From positions 123,256,001 through 123,320,000 of the forward strand of contig NC_059428.1 of NCBI RefSeq assembly GCF_021028975.2: 64,000 nt of DNA, given 5' to 3'. Position 1 is the first letter of the stretch, and each line of letters starts with the position of its first letter. The notes beneath the pieces were generated by a model. That model was not told the DNA's origin and did no database searches. It saw only the letters and a list, made by a program, of their open reading frames with translations. The DNA is from Sphaerodactylus townsendi (taxonomy: Eukaryota). This document shows, piece after piece, positions 11,968-24,740 of this stretch. A program made the translations under genes and the position numbers.

Positions 11968-12270
11968 AGGGTTGCCAGTCCCCTGTCCCCACTGATCAGC
12001 TGGCCAGTTGGTGGAACTTTTGGTGGGAGGCAGGTATATTCCACTGTAGCCAGCAATATGACAATTCTGCTTCTGGTGGATACTGGAAGTGAAATCATCC
12101 CCTCACAGCAGTGCTCTGGTGTTTGAGCAAAACTCTGTGGTAGAAGTCATTTTTACTATAGAGTTTTTGACCAATTGCTAGTGTGTCACCGAGATACCAG
12201 TAGTGCAGTGATGTCACTTCCAGTGCATTCTCTCCCGCTGCTAATAATTCTCCTTCGCTGGCAACCCTAG
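11968..12270. mobile_element. hAT (Blackjack/Ac-like) non-autonomous element
   Basis: Terminal inverted repeats agggttgccag ... ctggcaaccct. Confidence 0.7.
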
Positions 12271-12394
12271 TATTTCTGTTGGCTTTTCTCACCACTGGGG
12301 ACTGAAAGCCACTTGCGAAGAAACACAAAAATATAATGTGGACAAATAATATCAAGACTGAGTAAGCATTGTTTTCAGTCCCCCTCTGGAGTTA

Positions 12395-12612
12395 GAAGAA
12401 GAAGAGTTTGAATTTATACACCCCCTTTCTGTCCTGTAAGGAGACATAAGCAACTTAGATACTCCTTTCCCTTCCTCTCCCCACAACAGATCCCTTGTGA
12501 GGCAGGTGGGATTGAGAGAGTTCTAAGAGAACTGTGATTGGCCCAAGGTCACCAAAGTGCAGAAACAACTGTAATTCACCAGATAAGACTCCACTTGTCA
12601 TGTGGAGGAGTG
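12395..12612 (-). mobile_element. Squam3-like SINE, partial
   Basis: (GAA)n tail, then gagtttgaatttatacacccc...ggcccaaggtcacc. Confidence 0.8.
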
Positions 12613-12836
12613 GATGCAGGTGTATACTTAGGTATCAGCATTGACATTTGATGCTCATCTAGGCTGGATATAGATGGAGATGTGTTCCAGGCTATCTGAA
12701 TTTACAGTATAATTCTCAGCAGAATTACACCTTTTCAGCCTGTTTGCCCCAGTAGATGTAGAGGATAAAGCTCTGCTTCGGATTATACTGTTAGTCCCCT
12801 GGAACTAGAGTGGCATTGTGCCCTTCATTAGTGTAG

Positions 12837-13210
12837 AGAGTCGGTGTGGTGTAGTGATTAAGAACAGTGGACTCTAATCTGGAGAAACAGGTTTGATTCT
12901 CCCCTCCTCTGCGCAAAGCCTGCTGGATGGCCTTGAGCCACTCACAGTTCTCTCAGAACTTTTTCAGCCCATGTGGAGGCAGGCAATAGCAAACCACCTC
13001 ATAAGTCTCTTGCCTTGAATACAGTGACGAAGGGAGGGGGAACTGTACCCGGGGCATGAACTGCCTCACACCCCTGACACAGCCCCGCCCCCAACACATG
13101 ACTTCAATGGCAGTGTACAGGGTGAACTGCCCCAGATGTCCCCATTGCAGCTACACCCTGCTTGAATACTCTATGGTGTCACCACAAGTCAGCTGTGACT
13201 TGATGGCAAA
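12837..13210 (+). mobile_element. tRNA-headed SINE with Sauria-like tail, interrupted by a hAT MITE
   Basis: Squam3-type head joined to gaggcaggcaatagcaaaccacctc...cttgccttgaata|...|ctctatggtgtcaccacaagtcagctgtgacttgatggc. Confidence 0.75.
13022..13160. mobile_element. hAT (Tip100-like) MITE
   Basis: Perfect 8-bp TSD cttgaata (13014-13021, 13161-13168); termini cagtgacgaag ... gctacaccctg. Confidence 0.85.
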
Positions 13211-14876
13211 ATCACACATGTGCATATCCAAGTCCTTGGCAATCACAAAAGATCCATGCATTTACCAGAACATTTACAAATCATCCTAAGTCATAAACTG
13301 TATAGAGTGTTCCATTCGAAGTGAACAACAGGTGCTAAAATTTGGAGCGCTTCTTGGAGGAACAGGGAGCTTGTGGAGAGCCTTCTTGGAGGAACATGGC
13401 ATATTTTCTGTCCTCACACTTGTGTAAATGCTTTTCTGGCTCTACTGACTGGAGTTATACTGGTGATGGAGGAATTGCTACAACATGGCTTCTTCCTGAG
13501 GAGGAAGTAAGAAGGCCTGGGCCATGCGAGAGGAGCTCCTATAAAAGCAGTGTCCCAGTTGGTGAAACGGATGATCCCAGCATAAGAAAGAGCTGTTGCT
13601 TGACTGCTTCTTAAGGTTCACTACCAATCTTACCTAAGAAAAGGCATCTGAGGAGGGTCAACTCCTCCAGACTCAAAGGGATTATCTTCCCTTTACCCTT
13701 TTTAGTGCCTCCTCCAAGAAACGTTAGATGTCGACCACCCACTGACAATGACAAACAATGTGTCTCTGCCCCACCGTTTACAAACAGACAATCATCCCCT
13801 TGTTTCCATGTCTTATTGGACATTATGTAAATAAAAGTTGTGCTGGCAATCAAAACCACTTTTATTGTCCAAACATTGTGTATTTGGGGCACGCCCCACA
13901 ATACAGTTAATCACCACTCCAGCTACTAGCTAAGTACTAGTAGTCATCCTTCTCACTAGGCAAATGAAATTGGAAATTAATGTGGCAGTTTATGAGGCCC
14001 TGCGCCTTAATTATACCTCGTTGAGACCCAAAGTCATACTTGAAGGTGTAACCTTTGATTTGTTCTATCAGATTCTGTGGAAAATAAGGGTGTGGTGGAA
14101 ATCATTTAACAACAGTAATTAAAGCAGAGTTCAGCAGGTGGGCATGTTCAAGGAATGTTTGGGGAAAATGTTAAATATTTGTATTAAAAATAGCTGCTGA
14201 AAATGACTAAGGTAACCTTTGGGTCAGAATCAAACCTGCAAATGGTGGGGGGTTTTTTATAGCTTATCCTCTGGCTACCAGTGCCAGCTATCTTCATCCA
14301 ATCTTCACCTTCATGTACTCAAATAGTATCAAGAAGTAGAACATACCACAGAATGTTCTGGGAGAGAATACATTCATTCTCATCGTGACAAGAAAAAAGG
14401 ACAACTCCTCTGTTGGAGAAATCCAACAAGAAAAATGTTCTGTTCTTCTTCTGGGGAAATCCCGCTATTACAAGAAAAATAGATCAAGTCCTCAGATGGA
14501 GAAAAACGACTATTACAGCTTTCACAAGAGGCCAGGTGTCACATGCATAATACGTGAAACATGTACTTAGAGGAAATCATGGGGGTATAGAAACTTTGAC
14601 ACAGACATCAGCTGTGGTCAGAATTCACATGGAGACTCGGAGAAGAGGAGAATTTGTGAACACTGTAATGATAGGTGGTGAAGGGGAGGGCAGGTTAGGC
14701 TGACAGAAGGTGACAGCTGATGGTTGAACTCCAGCCATGTTGCTTTAGTCACTTCCTGTCAACCCAATCTGTCTCCCAGGGTGGCTGTGAGGATAAAATG
14801 GAGGGGGAAGAGCACAGCAACATGGTCTTGAGCGTTTTGGAGTAAAAGTCACATTATCTAAATAGAAAAGAAAAAG

Positions 14877-15308
14877 AGTTTGGATTTATAACCTGTATTT
14901 CTCAACTGTAAGGAGTCACAAAGAGGCCTACAAACTGCTGCCCTTCCTCTCCCAACATCAGATACTTTGTGAGGTAGGTGGGCTGAGGGAGTTCTGAGAG
15001 GTTTCATGTGGAGGAGCACGGAAACAAACCTGGTTCTCTGGATTAGAGTCCACCACTCATGTGGAGGAGTGGGGAATCAAACCCAGTTCTCCAGATCAGA
15101 GTCCAAGACAGGGGAAATGCTGGATGGGAAAGTTTAGCATCTCTTCTGAATTTTTCAATTTGCTTTGTGCAAATTTTGATCTGCCAACCCCAGCTGGGAT
15201 GAATCTGATTCACCTGGTTAGAGTTCGCCACTTAGATGGAGGAGTGGGGAATCAAACCCAGTTCTACAGATTAGAGTCCACCTGCTCTTAACCACTACAC
15301 CACACTCT
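14877..15308 (-). mobile_element. Squam3-like SINE with multiplied tRNA head and a 101-bp foreign insert
   Basis: Repeated gtggaggagtggggaatcaaacccagttct..gattagagtccacc units; insert at 15104-15204. Confidence 0.85.
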
Positions 15309-15893
15309 GCTTTCCTGAGAGCAGATCAGTGCCTGGAACTGCCATCACAGCTTCTTTGCTTGTTTGTAGCCAATCTTTTCATTGACAAGATCAAAATTTC
15401 ATGTAGCAAATTGAACAAATTGAACAAGACAGGAGAAATGCTGGACAGGACAGCTCAGCATCTCCTCTGAATTGTTCAATTTGCTTTGCGCAAATTTTGA
15501 TCCATCAGCCCCAGCTGGGATGAATTTATCTTTGGCAGGTTATGGTCAGAGTTTGTGAATACCCTTCAACTTTGTTATTCCAAAAGCAGCGGGGCATGGT
15601 TTCTAATCACATTTTCTTTCAGTGGTATCTTGCTCATAAATTTTATTTTTTTTAAAAAAATTATTTGACTTGATACCCCACCCAGCGGCTTAGACGCATG
15701 ATTTCAAGTCACAGTACTGAAACTAGAAAATAAATAATTTAACAATTAAAACATTCCAATATCAGTAATATTTCAGATGGCTTTTAAAGTTTCACACATT
15801 GCCCATAATAAACCTCCCTCTTGTCCCAGTTCTTTACCAACCTATGTGGGCGGGAAAGGAGGGGAATATAATCTAGGGAGCCAGCATGTACAG

Positions 15894-16229
15894 CAGTAGC
15901 ATACCACTAATGGGGACATGGGGTATCCGGGTGCCCCCCCATGTGACAAAACAGCGTGCACCCAAGCCACATGCTGCTGAGCCCCGCCCCCTCCCAGCCT
16001 CCCTGCAGACTGGCTTCTGCCCTCCCCAGGCCTCCCAGGGAGGGCAGAAGCCAGCTGAACCTTCTGCAGGGAGGTTCGAGCCTCCCCCCGAGCCCTGCCC
16101 TCCCCAGGCCTCCCAGCTGGCTCCCATAAGTGGGGTGTGGAAAACCAGAAAGGGGGGTGGGGAGCCGAGCAGGGGGGCACGGGGAGGTGGCCATGCCCCC
16201 AGGTGCCATTTAGGCCCAGTACACCACTG
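15894..16229. mobile_element. GC-rich hAT (Tip100-like) MITE
   Basis: Termini cagtagcatac ... gtacaccactg; TSD atgtacag/gtgtacgg (6/8). Related to 60740-60909 and ~62783-63060. Confidence 0.7.
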
Positions 16230-16429
16230 GTGTACGGCATAAACCATAGCGACTTCTATTGTGGAATAACTTGGTTTTACAGGATCTGTGGAATTGATTT
16301 ACATCCCTCAGAGCCCTAATATCTGCTGGTAGCGAATTCTACCATGTAAGAGCCAGTGTCGAGAAAGCCCTGACTCATGTGGAAGTCCGCTGGATGTCCT
16401 TGGGGCCAGGGACAACTAAGAGATTACTG

Positions 16430-16810
16430 TCGGAGAACTGAAAGGTCTTCCATGGACAGTATGGAGAGATGCAGTCCCAGAGATACTACAGTCCCAAATT
16501 GCTCAAGGCCTTAAAGGTCAACAAGAACACCTTAAAGGTTTTCTGTCACCTGGACTCCAGTGATTTAGCCAAAGTGATCCATGCTACTTCCTCCTCTAGA
16601 CTGAACTACAGTAATGTACTCTACATGGGACTGTCCCAAAAAACAACTCAAGAGTTTTAGTTAATGCCCAGTAAGGTGACCCTTTCATTAGCCCAGGTGA
16701 ACTTGTGTTGAGCACTCAGCTTCCATTTTGAATGACAACATTGGTTGCATACTTCAGTTTACTGGAGTGTAGACCTCATGACCTACATATCTGAAGGGTA
16801 TCTTTGTGCA
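16430..16810. mobile_element. L2 LINE relics in opposite orientations
   Basis: Plus strand: DLAKVIHATSSSRLNYSNVLYMGL. Minus strand (16430-16536): FKVFLLTFKALSNLGL*YLWD. Both are L2 ORF2 C-terminal motifs. Confidence 0.75.
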
Positions 16811-18765
16811 TGAACTGATACATGAATTATTTTCCTCCTGTCAGCATCTGCTGACCATACACCTTTGCAATGTAGTCTGTTCCTCTCTCCTTCACTCAGG
16901 TAAGATTAGTTTTAGCCATGGGGATATTTTAAGATGGAGGGTTTTAAAGAAAGATCAGATGACAGCTTCTCTATTTTTAGGGAGGCTTATAAAACCATCC
17001 TCATTTTAGAGGTTTCCCGTTGAGGTGTTTTCCTCAACAGTATGTGGATTGTCTTGAGATAATGAAGGGAAAAATGCCTGTTGGCATGGCTGACACCATT
17101 TTTATCTTGTTTAGAGCTAAGAATTATTTTTTGTGTTTGAGGAGCTAGTGGAATAGCAAGAACCTTAGAAGCGGTTCCAGCTGGCCAAGCATGGCTGTTT
17201 ATCAGTAGCCAAGGCCATAACTCTATAGAAAGAAATGTCAGACATGCATCGCATGCACCTATGAAAGTGGGCCTCAGTAAATGTTTGGATGCTTTGTGTT
17301 GCTATGCTGTGGTAATGGTGGAAAATGTGGTGATATAATAATGATGTAAAATGGCGTATAAGCACTTGTTTTCACAGGGCTTTAGAAGAACACTTTGTAG
17401 TTAGGGAGGATTCTCTGGCCATGGCATAATAAAATTGTCTTAAAAATTTTATTGCCTCCAAGTGAACTGTTTGGATTGGGACCGAAGGATGTCAGCATCA
17501 ACAGCAAATGCAATGGATTTAAGTCCTCTGTGATAAAGGAGTAGTTGGAACTTCTGGTCAAGACCCCCCATGGTTGTAACGTAGCATTCACACATACGGG
17601 CTACAATCCAATGCAGCATTAAGTGTGTTGAAGCCCTCATGCTACAAACAAGCACTGCATTTTGAAATATGGCCAGAAAATAAATGTAAGAAAAGAACAA
17701 ATGGCAAGTGAGAGCTGCACGCTTATGTTCAAAAGTAGCATTTTGTTATTACATGTAAATTGCTCAACACATTTCTGTCATGATCTCACAGAGGGCAAAA
17801 GGGCTCCCTGTATCTTGGTGTCAGACGCCAACAAAAACAGCTCACTCCCAAATATTCTTTTGAAGAATCCTCTCCAAATGTATTGGGCAATTTATATTTG
17901 ATGATAAATGGATTCTTTTCAGCATGAGGCTCTACCTCTCTTTTTGTTCTTTTGTGTTCCGGTTCTGTTCCTCCCATTCCCCTCCATAAAATAAATATAT
18001 CCACCAAGCAAGACTGTAGTTTTGGATTAAGTTAATCCCAGATATACCTGATATAATCCTGACCCTTGCCCTGTGTTAAATCCCCTTCTTTTATATACCA
18101 GTACATGGTTGATACCATTTGGACCCGAGTTCAGGTTCTTGAAGTTTATAAGCAAGCTTTAGGCAAATCAGTCTCTCATTTTTTAGTCTAACCTAACTTG
18201 CAGAGTTGTTGGCTCCCAGATATGATTGAAAAGTACACAGTAAAACTAGCTTGGTAAAGCAAAGCAGTTTTCCTTTGAACAGGACCTAGATTGGAGATCT
18301 TCTGGGAAACCCCAGATATGCTGCCTTACATGTTCCATGACAGAAAAAAATGTAGGATAACTCTGTGTAATTTATAAACAATAACATGAGACAGCCCCCA
18401 TGTACCCTGGCATCAGCTCCCGGGAGAGCCACCCTAGCCCTGAGGGAGTTGGCTGGTTTTAGGGTGCCATTAAAGGTTTGTAAATTATTATTTATAATTT
18501 AGGTCATTAATCATTATTACATTTCAGCGGCTGGCACCAAAATATTCTTGGGCTGTCTCTGAATGGCACTGGGCTGATTGAATGAAATTTATGACCAATG
18601 TGTTCAAGGCAGACAAAAGAAACTTCTTCATACAAGGCATAATTAACTTGTGGAGTGGAACTTGTCTCCTACCAAATATGAATTCAGCGGATGGCTGTAT
18701 CAGTAGCCATGTTAGCTAAACAGAACTTCCATGTTTAGAGGTAATGTTTTTTTTTTTAATTTCAG

Positions 18766-19090
18766 AAGAAGGTTTGGATTCATACCCTGATTTTCTCAAC
18801 TGTAAGGAGTCTCAAAGCAGCTTACAAACTCCTTCCCTTCATCTTTCCACATCAGTCACCTTGAGAGTTATATGGGGCTGAGAGACTTCTGAGGGAACTA
18901 TGACTGGCCCAAGGTTTTCCAGCAGGCTTCATGTGTAGGATGGGGAAACAAATCTAATTCACCAGATTAGAGTCCAGTCTGCCTCTGTTGTGGAACAGTG
19001 GAGAATCAAACCAGGTTCTCCAGATTAGAGTCCGCCGCTCATGTGGAAGAGCAGAGAATCGAACCTGGTTTTCCAGATTAGAGTCCACCG
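18766..19090 (-). mobile_element. Squam3-like SINE with tandemly repeated head
   Basis: Three ccagattagagtcc units plus the standard body and tail. Confidence 0.85.
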
Positions 19091-19807
19091 TGGCTGGGAG
19101 AGAAACAGTTGAGGAGGGTGGTTGCCTTCCTGTCTTCATTTCGGTTTCAGGGGGCAGGGAGACTGTTAGAGTGAATGGGCCTTGGTTTGACATAGCAGAG
19201 CTTCAACACTGATAATAAAGATCATCACAGTGACTCTTGGCAACCTCATGAAGTTCCACCTCATGGGGTTTTCAGTGCAAGAGAAGAGCAGAGGTGACGG
19301 TTTGCCATCACCTTCCTCTGCATACTAATCTCAACCTTGGTGGCCTCCCATTACGAAATTTCCAAGCTCAAGCTGGAGAGATCAGGCTGGTCTGGGGTAT
19401 CAGGGATGATTCATACTGTCAGGATGGTAGTCATGGGGGTTGGGCTACCATGGGATCTGTGGCTTTCAGCTATGCAATGCTTTTGCTGCTCTGTCTATTT
19501 CCACAGCTGTCTGATCAGCCAACTGTAACCTTGGCAGTCTGAAGAACTGCTTCAGAGAAAGTCTCAATGTTGTATTTCACACATGCGGGGGGGGGGGGGG
19601 GGGGAAGTGCTTTCTATATTACCACTGTTCTGAGAGCTTGAGCTTCAGAACAGGCTTTCGTTTCTTTCCTGACACTTGCAATAAAGCTTTGAACTTTTAT
19701 AGGTTTGACTCTTTCATTGTCAATGCAGGGGAGTCCTGACATATACTCATAATACATGGAAATACATAAAGGAAATGTACAGGCAGTCTAATACAAACTC
19801 CTCCATG

Positions 19808-20021
19808 AGAAGCTGGATGGCCATCTGTCAAAAGTGCTTTGATTGTGTGTTCCTACATTGCAGGGGGTTGGACTTGATGGCCCTTGGGGCAGTGGTGGGA
19901 TTCAAATAATTTAACAACAGGTTGATTACAAGCACCATTTTAACAACCAGTTCTGCCAAAGTGGTGCGAACCTGCTGAATCCCACCACTGCCTTGGGGAC
20001 TATCCCAACTCTATGATTCTA
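19808..20021 (+). mobile_element. CR1 LINE 3' end, interrupted by a hAT MITE
   Basis: gcagggggttggacttgatggcccttgggg|...|actatcccaactctatgattcta, the CR1 terminal motif with ATTCTATG-type octamer. Confidence 0.8.
19890..19990. mobile_element. hAT MITE, CAGTGGTGGGATTC family
   Basis: 14-bp terminal inverted repeats; perfect TSD ccttgggg. Confidence 0.92.
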
Positions 20022-20094
20022 AGTAAATCTGAGTCTACTTTCTAATGTTCTAACTGATGATTGAAGGGAACTAGGATGATTGATGGGAAGGAAG

Positions 20095-20180
20095 GTGGCA
20101 TAATGTAGCCTAATTAAATCAGATCTCAGAAGCTAAGCAGAATTGGTACTAAGAAGGGAGACCACCAAGGAAGGTCTCTC
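20095..20180 (+). mobile_element. 5S-derived SINE head
   Basis: cagatctcagaagctaagcag..ggtact..gggagaccacc. Confidence 0.65.
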
Positions 20181-20224
20181 TACTATATTGTCCAGATTGC
20201 CAGTTAAAATCCTCTTCTGAAGCC

Positions 20225-20865
20225 GCGTTCTCCTTGGTGACCAGAAACAGGGCATTTTTGGTGGTGGTGGTGCCTCCCATTTAGAACATCCCTCCACCTG
20301 CTGCCTACCAAACTTTCTTTTAGGTCAAATGTTTAACTCGGGGGGGGGGGGGGGGTAAGTGTTTTAAATGTTTTATGGTCTGCTTCTGGCCCAGGGATTG
20401 TTTTGTTTATATCATTTTAGATTGCTCAATGTATATTTCATACTGTTATTCCTTGGCTTATTTTAACGGCATTGGTCTGTTTCTATGGTTGTGTTTAGTA
20501 TCTTTGTTTCTTATGGTTGTGTCTTACTGGCTTTGTTCAGATGGTTGTTTTAATAGCTTTGTTTCCTGTGGTTTTGTTTTAGTGGTTTTATTGTTGATGC
20601 TTTGTTCCTTACGGTTGAGTTTTATTGCCTTTGTTTTAATGGTTGTGCTTTAATGCCTTTGTTTCTTATGGTTGTGTCTCATTGACTTTGTTTCAATGGT
20701 TATATTTTAATAGTGTGTTTCCTATGGGTTTTTTTAGTGGTTTTATTTTTAATGGCTTTGTTTCTTATGGGGTTTTGGGGGGGGTATTTTTAATGGGTAT
20801 ATTTTAATTGTTTTGTATTATCTTTACTTCAAGCCATCTCAAGCAAATCTCCTAAATAAATAAAC
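20225..20865 (+). mobile_element. L2 3' end with an expanded T-rich degenerate tandem repeat
   Basis: cagggcattttggtggtggtggtgcctcccatttagaac (RAFSVVAP-like), repeated ctttgtttcttatggttg units and a (TAAA)n tail. Confidence 0.55.
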
Positions 20866-22225
20866 TTGCACTTGTAAATGTTTTTAATCTTTAAAATTTA
20901 ATTTACCAAGGGTTGGCCCTATTGTTGCTGGCTTAGTAATGCCTATTAAAGTGCTGACCACTCCCTTTTTTAAGGACCTGCCACCATTCCATTTCTGGCT
21001 ATTAGTCCGTGCCAAGTCAGATGTGAGGCATTGGTGCAGTGGGACACAGCCAGGCAGCTGTTTGTGGCAAGAGCCGGAGACAGTGCATTTCAGAGTGGCA
21101 CCCAGCCATCTCTCCGTTCTCCTGTCAGCTGCCAAATTCCTTGGCCCCAATGCCATGTCCTTCCATATATGCATAAAACTGTTTCCACCATCTGCTCACT
21201 TTTGGCATTACAGGAAAAAGTGGGGGAAACCCCACACACATACCATTGTCTCTGCCCTCACTGTTAACATACTGCAGTGGCCTCACATTCTGCCTCCTAT
21301 CACTCAACCTGTTATATTCAGAAGCAACGGTTTTATTCCACCGCCTGAACTAGAAAAGCTAATGATAGAAATCTTCATGTTTCTCCTTATAATACTTTTG
21401 TCGCTCCTGCAGAAACCTGGGTTTTTGTCACTCCCAGTTCCTGTGGGGTTTATGGCAGAACTGCCAAGACAAAGGCAGGTGGCAGGCAAGAACCCTCTCC
21501 TTATCCCTCTGACCAGCAGACACCTTGATACTGATTCAACTTTGTTAGGGATCAGGAAGTATCACTTGGCACAGAGCGAGTACAAAGAGCCTCAAGGACT
21601 GATGTGAAAGAGCTTTCTGCAGGCTGTACTTTACATCGTGGTATACAGAATGAATCCTCCCCTGATACTAAAATCATAGGGAGATGCCCCCACAATTATG
21701 GAACAACCTCCCCAGAGAGGTGTGCCTGGAACCCTCACTTTCGGTGTGTAGGATATTTAGGACTACATTTGGTTATGTGGATGGTTATGTGGACTAGCAG
21801 TCCTGAATTGTGTCTTTAAATTTCACAGGTTTTTTTTATTAACGTATGTTATTTTATGTATTGTATTTATGGTCTCAGCCACCTTGATCTCAATAAGGAA
21901 GAGAGGTGATTAATGAGTGTTTGAAATCAATCAATCAATCCAAGACCACTGTAAGCTCAAGTTCTGACAGTTGCGGTGACATTCACATGTTACAGTAAGG
22001 GCATGTACAGTCCATTCACAGTGTACTCTTGGTTCTTCTATGTATGTGAACTGAGAAACTCTTACGTAACATTTAACACACACATACTTCTGAATATGTG
22101 ATTTAAGTAATGTGTTTATTCAGGCATTGGAGCCCAGTTTTCTTTTTAAGGAGAACGCATGTTGGCTGTTTCTGTGTGCGCATATATGCAGGATATACAT
22201 GCATTTGATGTGTCAACAGGCTTGA

Positions 22226-22729
<504 letters not shown>

Positions 22730-23321
22730 GAAAAAAATGCTACCTTGTGAAAAAAAAATTGGAAGTACCGAGAGCTGGGTCTCTTTTATCTCCAGTGAAT
22801 TCAGCAGGGCTGAATCCCGTTTTGATGGCGTTAGCACAAAAGAGAGGCGTTCTGTGTTGTCCCGTAGACAACGAAAGCAGGAAATGCCGTGCCACTCTTC
22901 TCCCTCTTGTCTGAAGTTGGCTTTCCAGCATGGGCAAAGTTATCCTCTTCAACCAGGAGATAATGAGCCCCCCCCCCCCAAATGCCACAAGATTGGACAT
23001 CGTTTTTCACCCCGTGTCCTTTTAAAAAATATTTATGGTGTGCACCTTTTGGGAACCATCACGTTTTTTTCTCCTAACGTATGAGTGCTATCACAATGGC
23101 CAGACATCACAGACTTTTGAAATGAACAAGCCCTCTGGACCGCCGCTGCTTTTACTTTTTTCTTTCCCTTTTAATTGCTATTAAAACACTTGCAGTACAT
23201 CACCATACACCTGATTGTTGAGCAATTAACAATCACCAAAGCCAGAATATACGGTCTGGGAAGAGGAAATATTACAAAATAGAGCTCTTCAAAATGAAGG
23301 GATTCCTCTGTACACATATGC

Positions 23322-23327
23322 AATAAA
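23322..23327 (+). terminator. Candidate proximal polyadenylation signal
   Basis: AATAAA with TGTA just upstream and GT/T-rich sequence downstream (ggtggtatttttttc). Confidence 0.35.
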
Positions 23328-24236
23328 AGATGGTGGTATTTTTTTCACATTTACCCCCTTTTTATGGATGCCACTACAAGGGTTACCTTTCCTTTTTTTT
23401 AAAAAAAAAGCCCCTATTTTTTGTTCTTGGGATCTATAAAACAGGCACCAGTAATATTTCAATGTGACATAACTCTTTTACATCTACTTGTTTGATTTTG
23501 AGTAGGAAAGACCCTTTAAAAATGTACTACCCTGTGCTTAGTAGCACCATTGTTAGCCCAAATGCACCAACCCTAACCCTATTTGCCTGAAAATAAGGAC
23601 TGATTCACACATGCTTGTTCATCACTGAATTGCTTAGCATTTGGTAGCTGAATGCCTTGTAAAGAAAGGAAGGGAATGAGTTTGTTTATCACTTTGAGAC
23701 TCCTTATAAAAAGTGAAGTATAAATCCAAACTCTTCTTCTTCTTTAAGATGATGTGCAGTGATAAAACTTCCTGAACTGTGTTGCCTCATTCACACATGC
23801 AAGATCAATTGACATCATCATAAGAAGTGATCAACGTGTATGTGTGAAGTGATCCCTCTGTACCCCTGGAGAACTCATATCCAGTATAAATGTGCTTAGT
23901 CTAAGAGCTTAAGATTAACTTAACAGGAACCTGCCATTAAAGGGAAATGAATGCAAAGCCCAGGACGCAGGGGGAAGAACTACTCTTCCTCAGTTTCATG
24001 AAGTCTCAAAGCGCTGGCCGTTTGCTAAAGACAAAACCCGCAGTATCCATGAAGTTAAGTGTGGCTGAGTCATGGGGAAGGCAGTGGGACCATGGTGGTT
24101 GTGAAGAATCTTCTCTTACTTTTCATGGGATGTACAATGCCATTCTAAGCAGGTCTACTCTGAGTCCCTCTCTGGTCTACTCAATGGGACTGACTCCTGG
24201 GAAAGTTTCTGCTAGGGTGCATCCATGCATTATTGG

Positions 24237-24740
24237 ATGAAGCTGCCTGATATTGAATTAGGCCATTGGTTCAGTATTGTCTACTCCAGGGGTAGGGAAC
24301 CTGCTGACTCGAGCCGCGATATGTCTCTGTCTTGCCCCTTTGCACGCTGTGGCTCGCATGAGCCAGAGCCGCCGGCCCCCATCCTTGCTCACCGCCCTGC
24401 AGGTGTAGGCTTAGGACGGGCGCATCCATGCGCTTCTCAGAAAGAGCGGAGTAAAAGGTTAAAAAAACCCTATATATATATAGTGTTATCTTTATTTCAA
24501 ATGTAAAAAATTATTTGCGGCTCCAAGTGTTTTCTTTTCCCGTGGAAAACGGGTCCAAATGGCTCTTTGAGTGTTAAAGGTTCCCTACCCCTGGTCTACT
24601 CAGACTGGCATCGGCTCTCCCGAGTGTCAGGCAGAGGTCTTTCACATCACCTGCCACCTGGTCCTTTTAACTGGAGATGCTGGTGGTTGAACCTGGGACC
24701 TTCTGCGTGCAAAGGAGAGGCTGTTCCACTGAGCCACTGT
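24237..24740 (-). mobile_element. tRNA-derived SINE (second family; also at ~35410-36120 minus and 55020-55230 plus), split by a hAT element
   Basis: The reverse complement reads gtggctcagtgg...gcagaaggtcccaggttcaa...gatgtgaaagacctctgcctga...gagtagacaatactga...ggcagcttcat. Confidence 0.8.
24287..24593. mobile_element. hAT (Charlie-like) non-autonomous element in the 3' UTR
   Basis: Perfect TIR CAGGGGTAGGGAACC/GGTTCCCTACCCCTG; perfect TSD gtctactc (24279-24286, 24594-24601). Confidence 0.93.

Noticed and set aside
20375-20653. Hydrophobic membrane-protein-like ORF
   Set aside because: Product of a T-rich degenerate tandem repeat.
20939-21607. Longest ORF in the track (222 aa)
   Set aside because: No recognisable domain or splice structure; it overlaps degenerate L2-like sequence.
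23567-23580. Telomere-like CCCTAA motifs (also at ~25624-25637)
   Set aside because: Only about two imperfect units; expected by chance.
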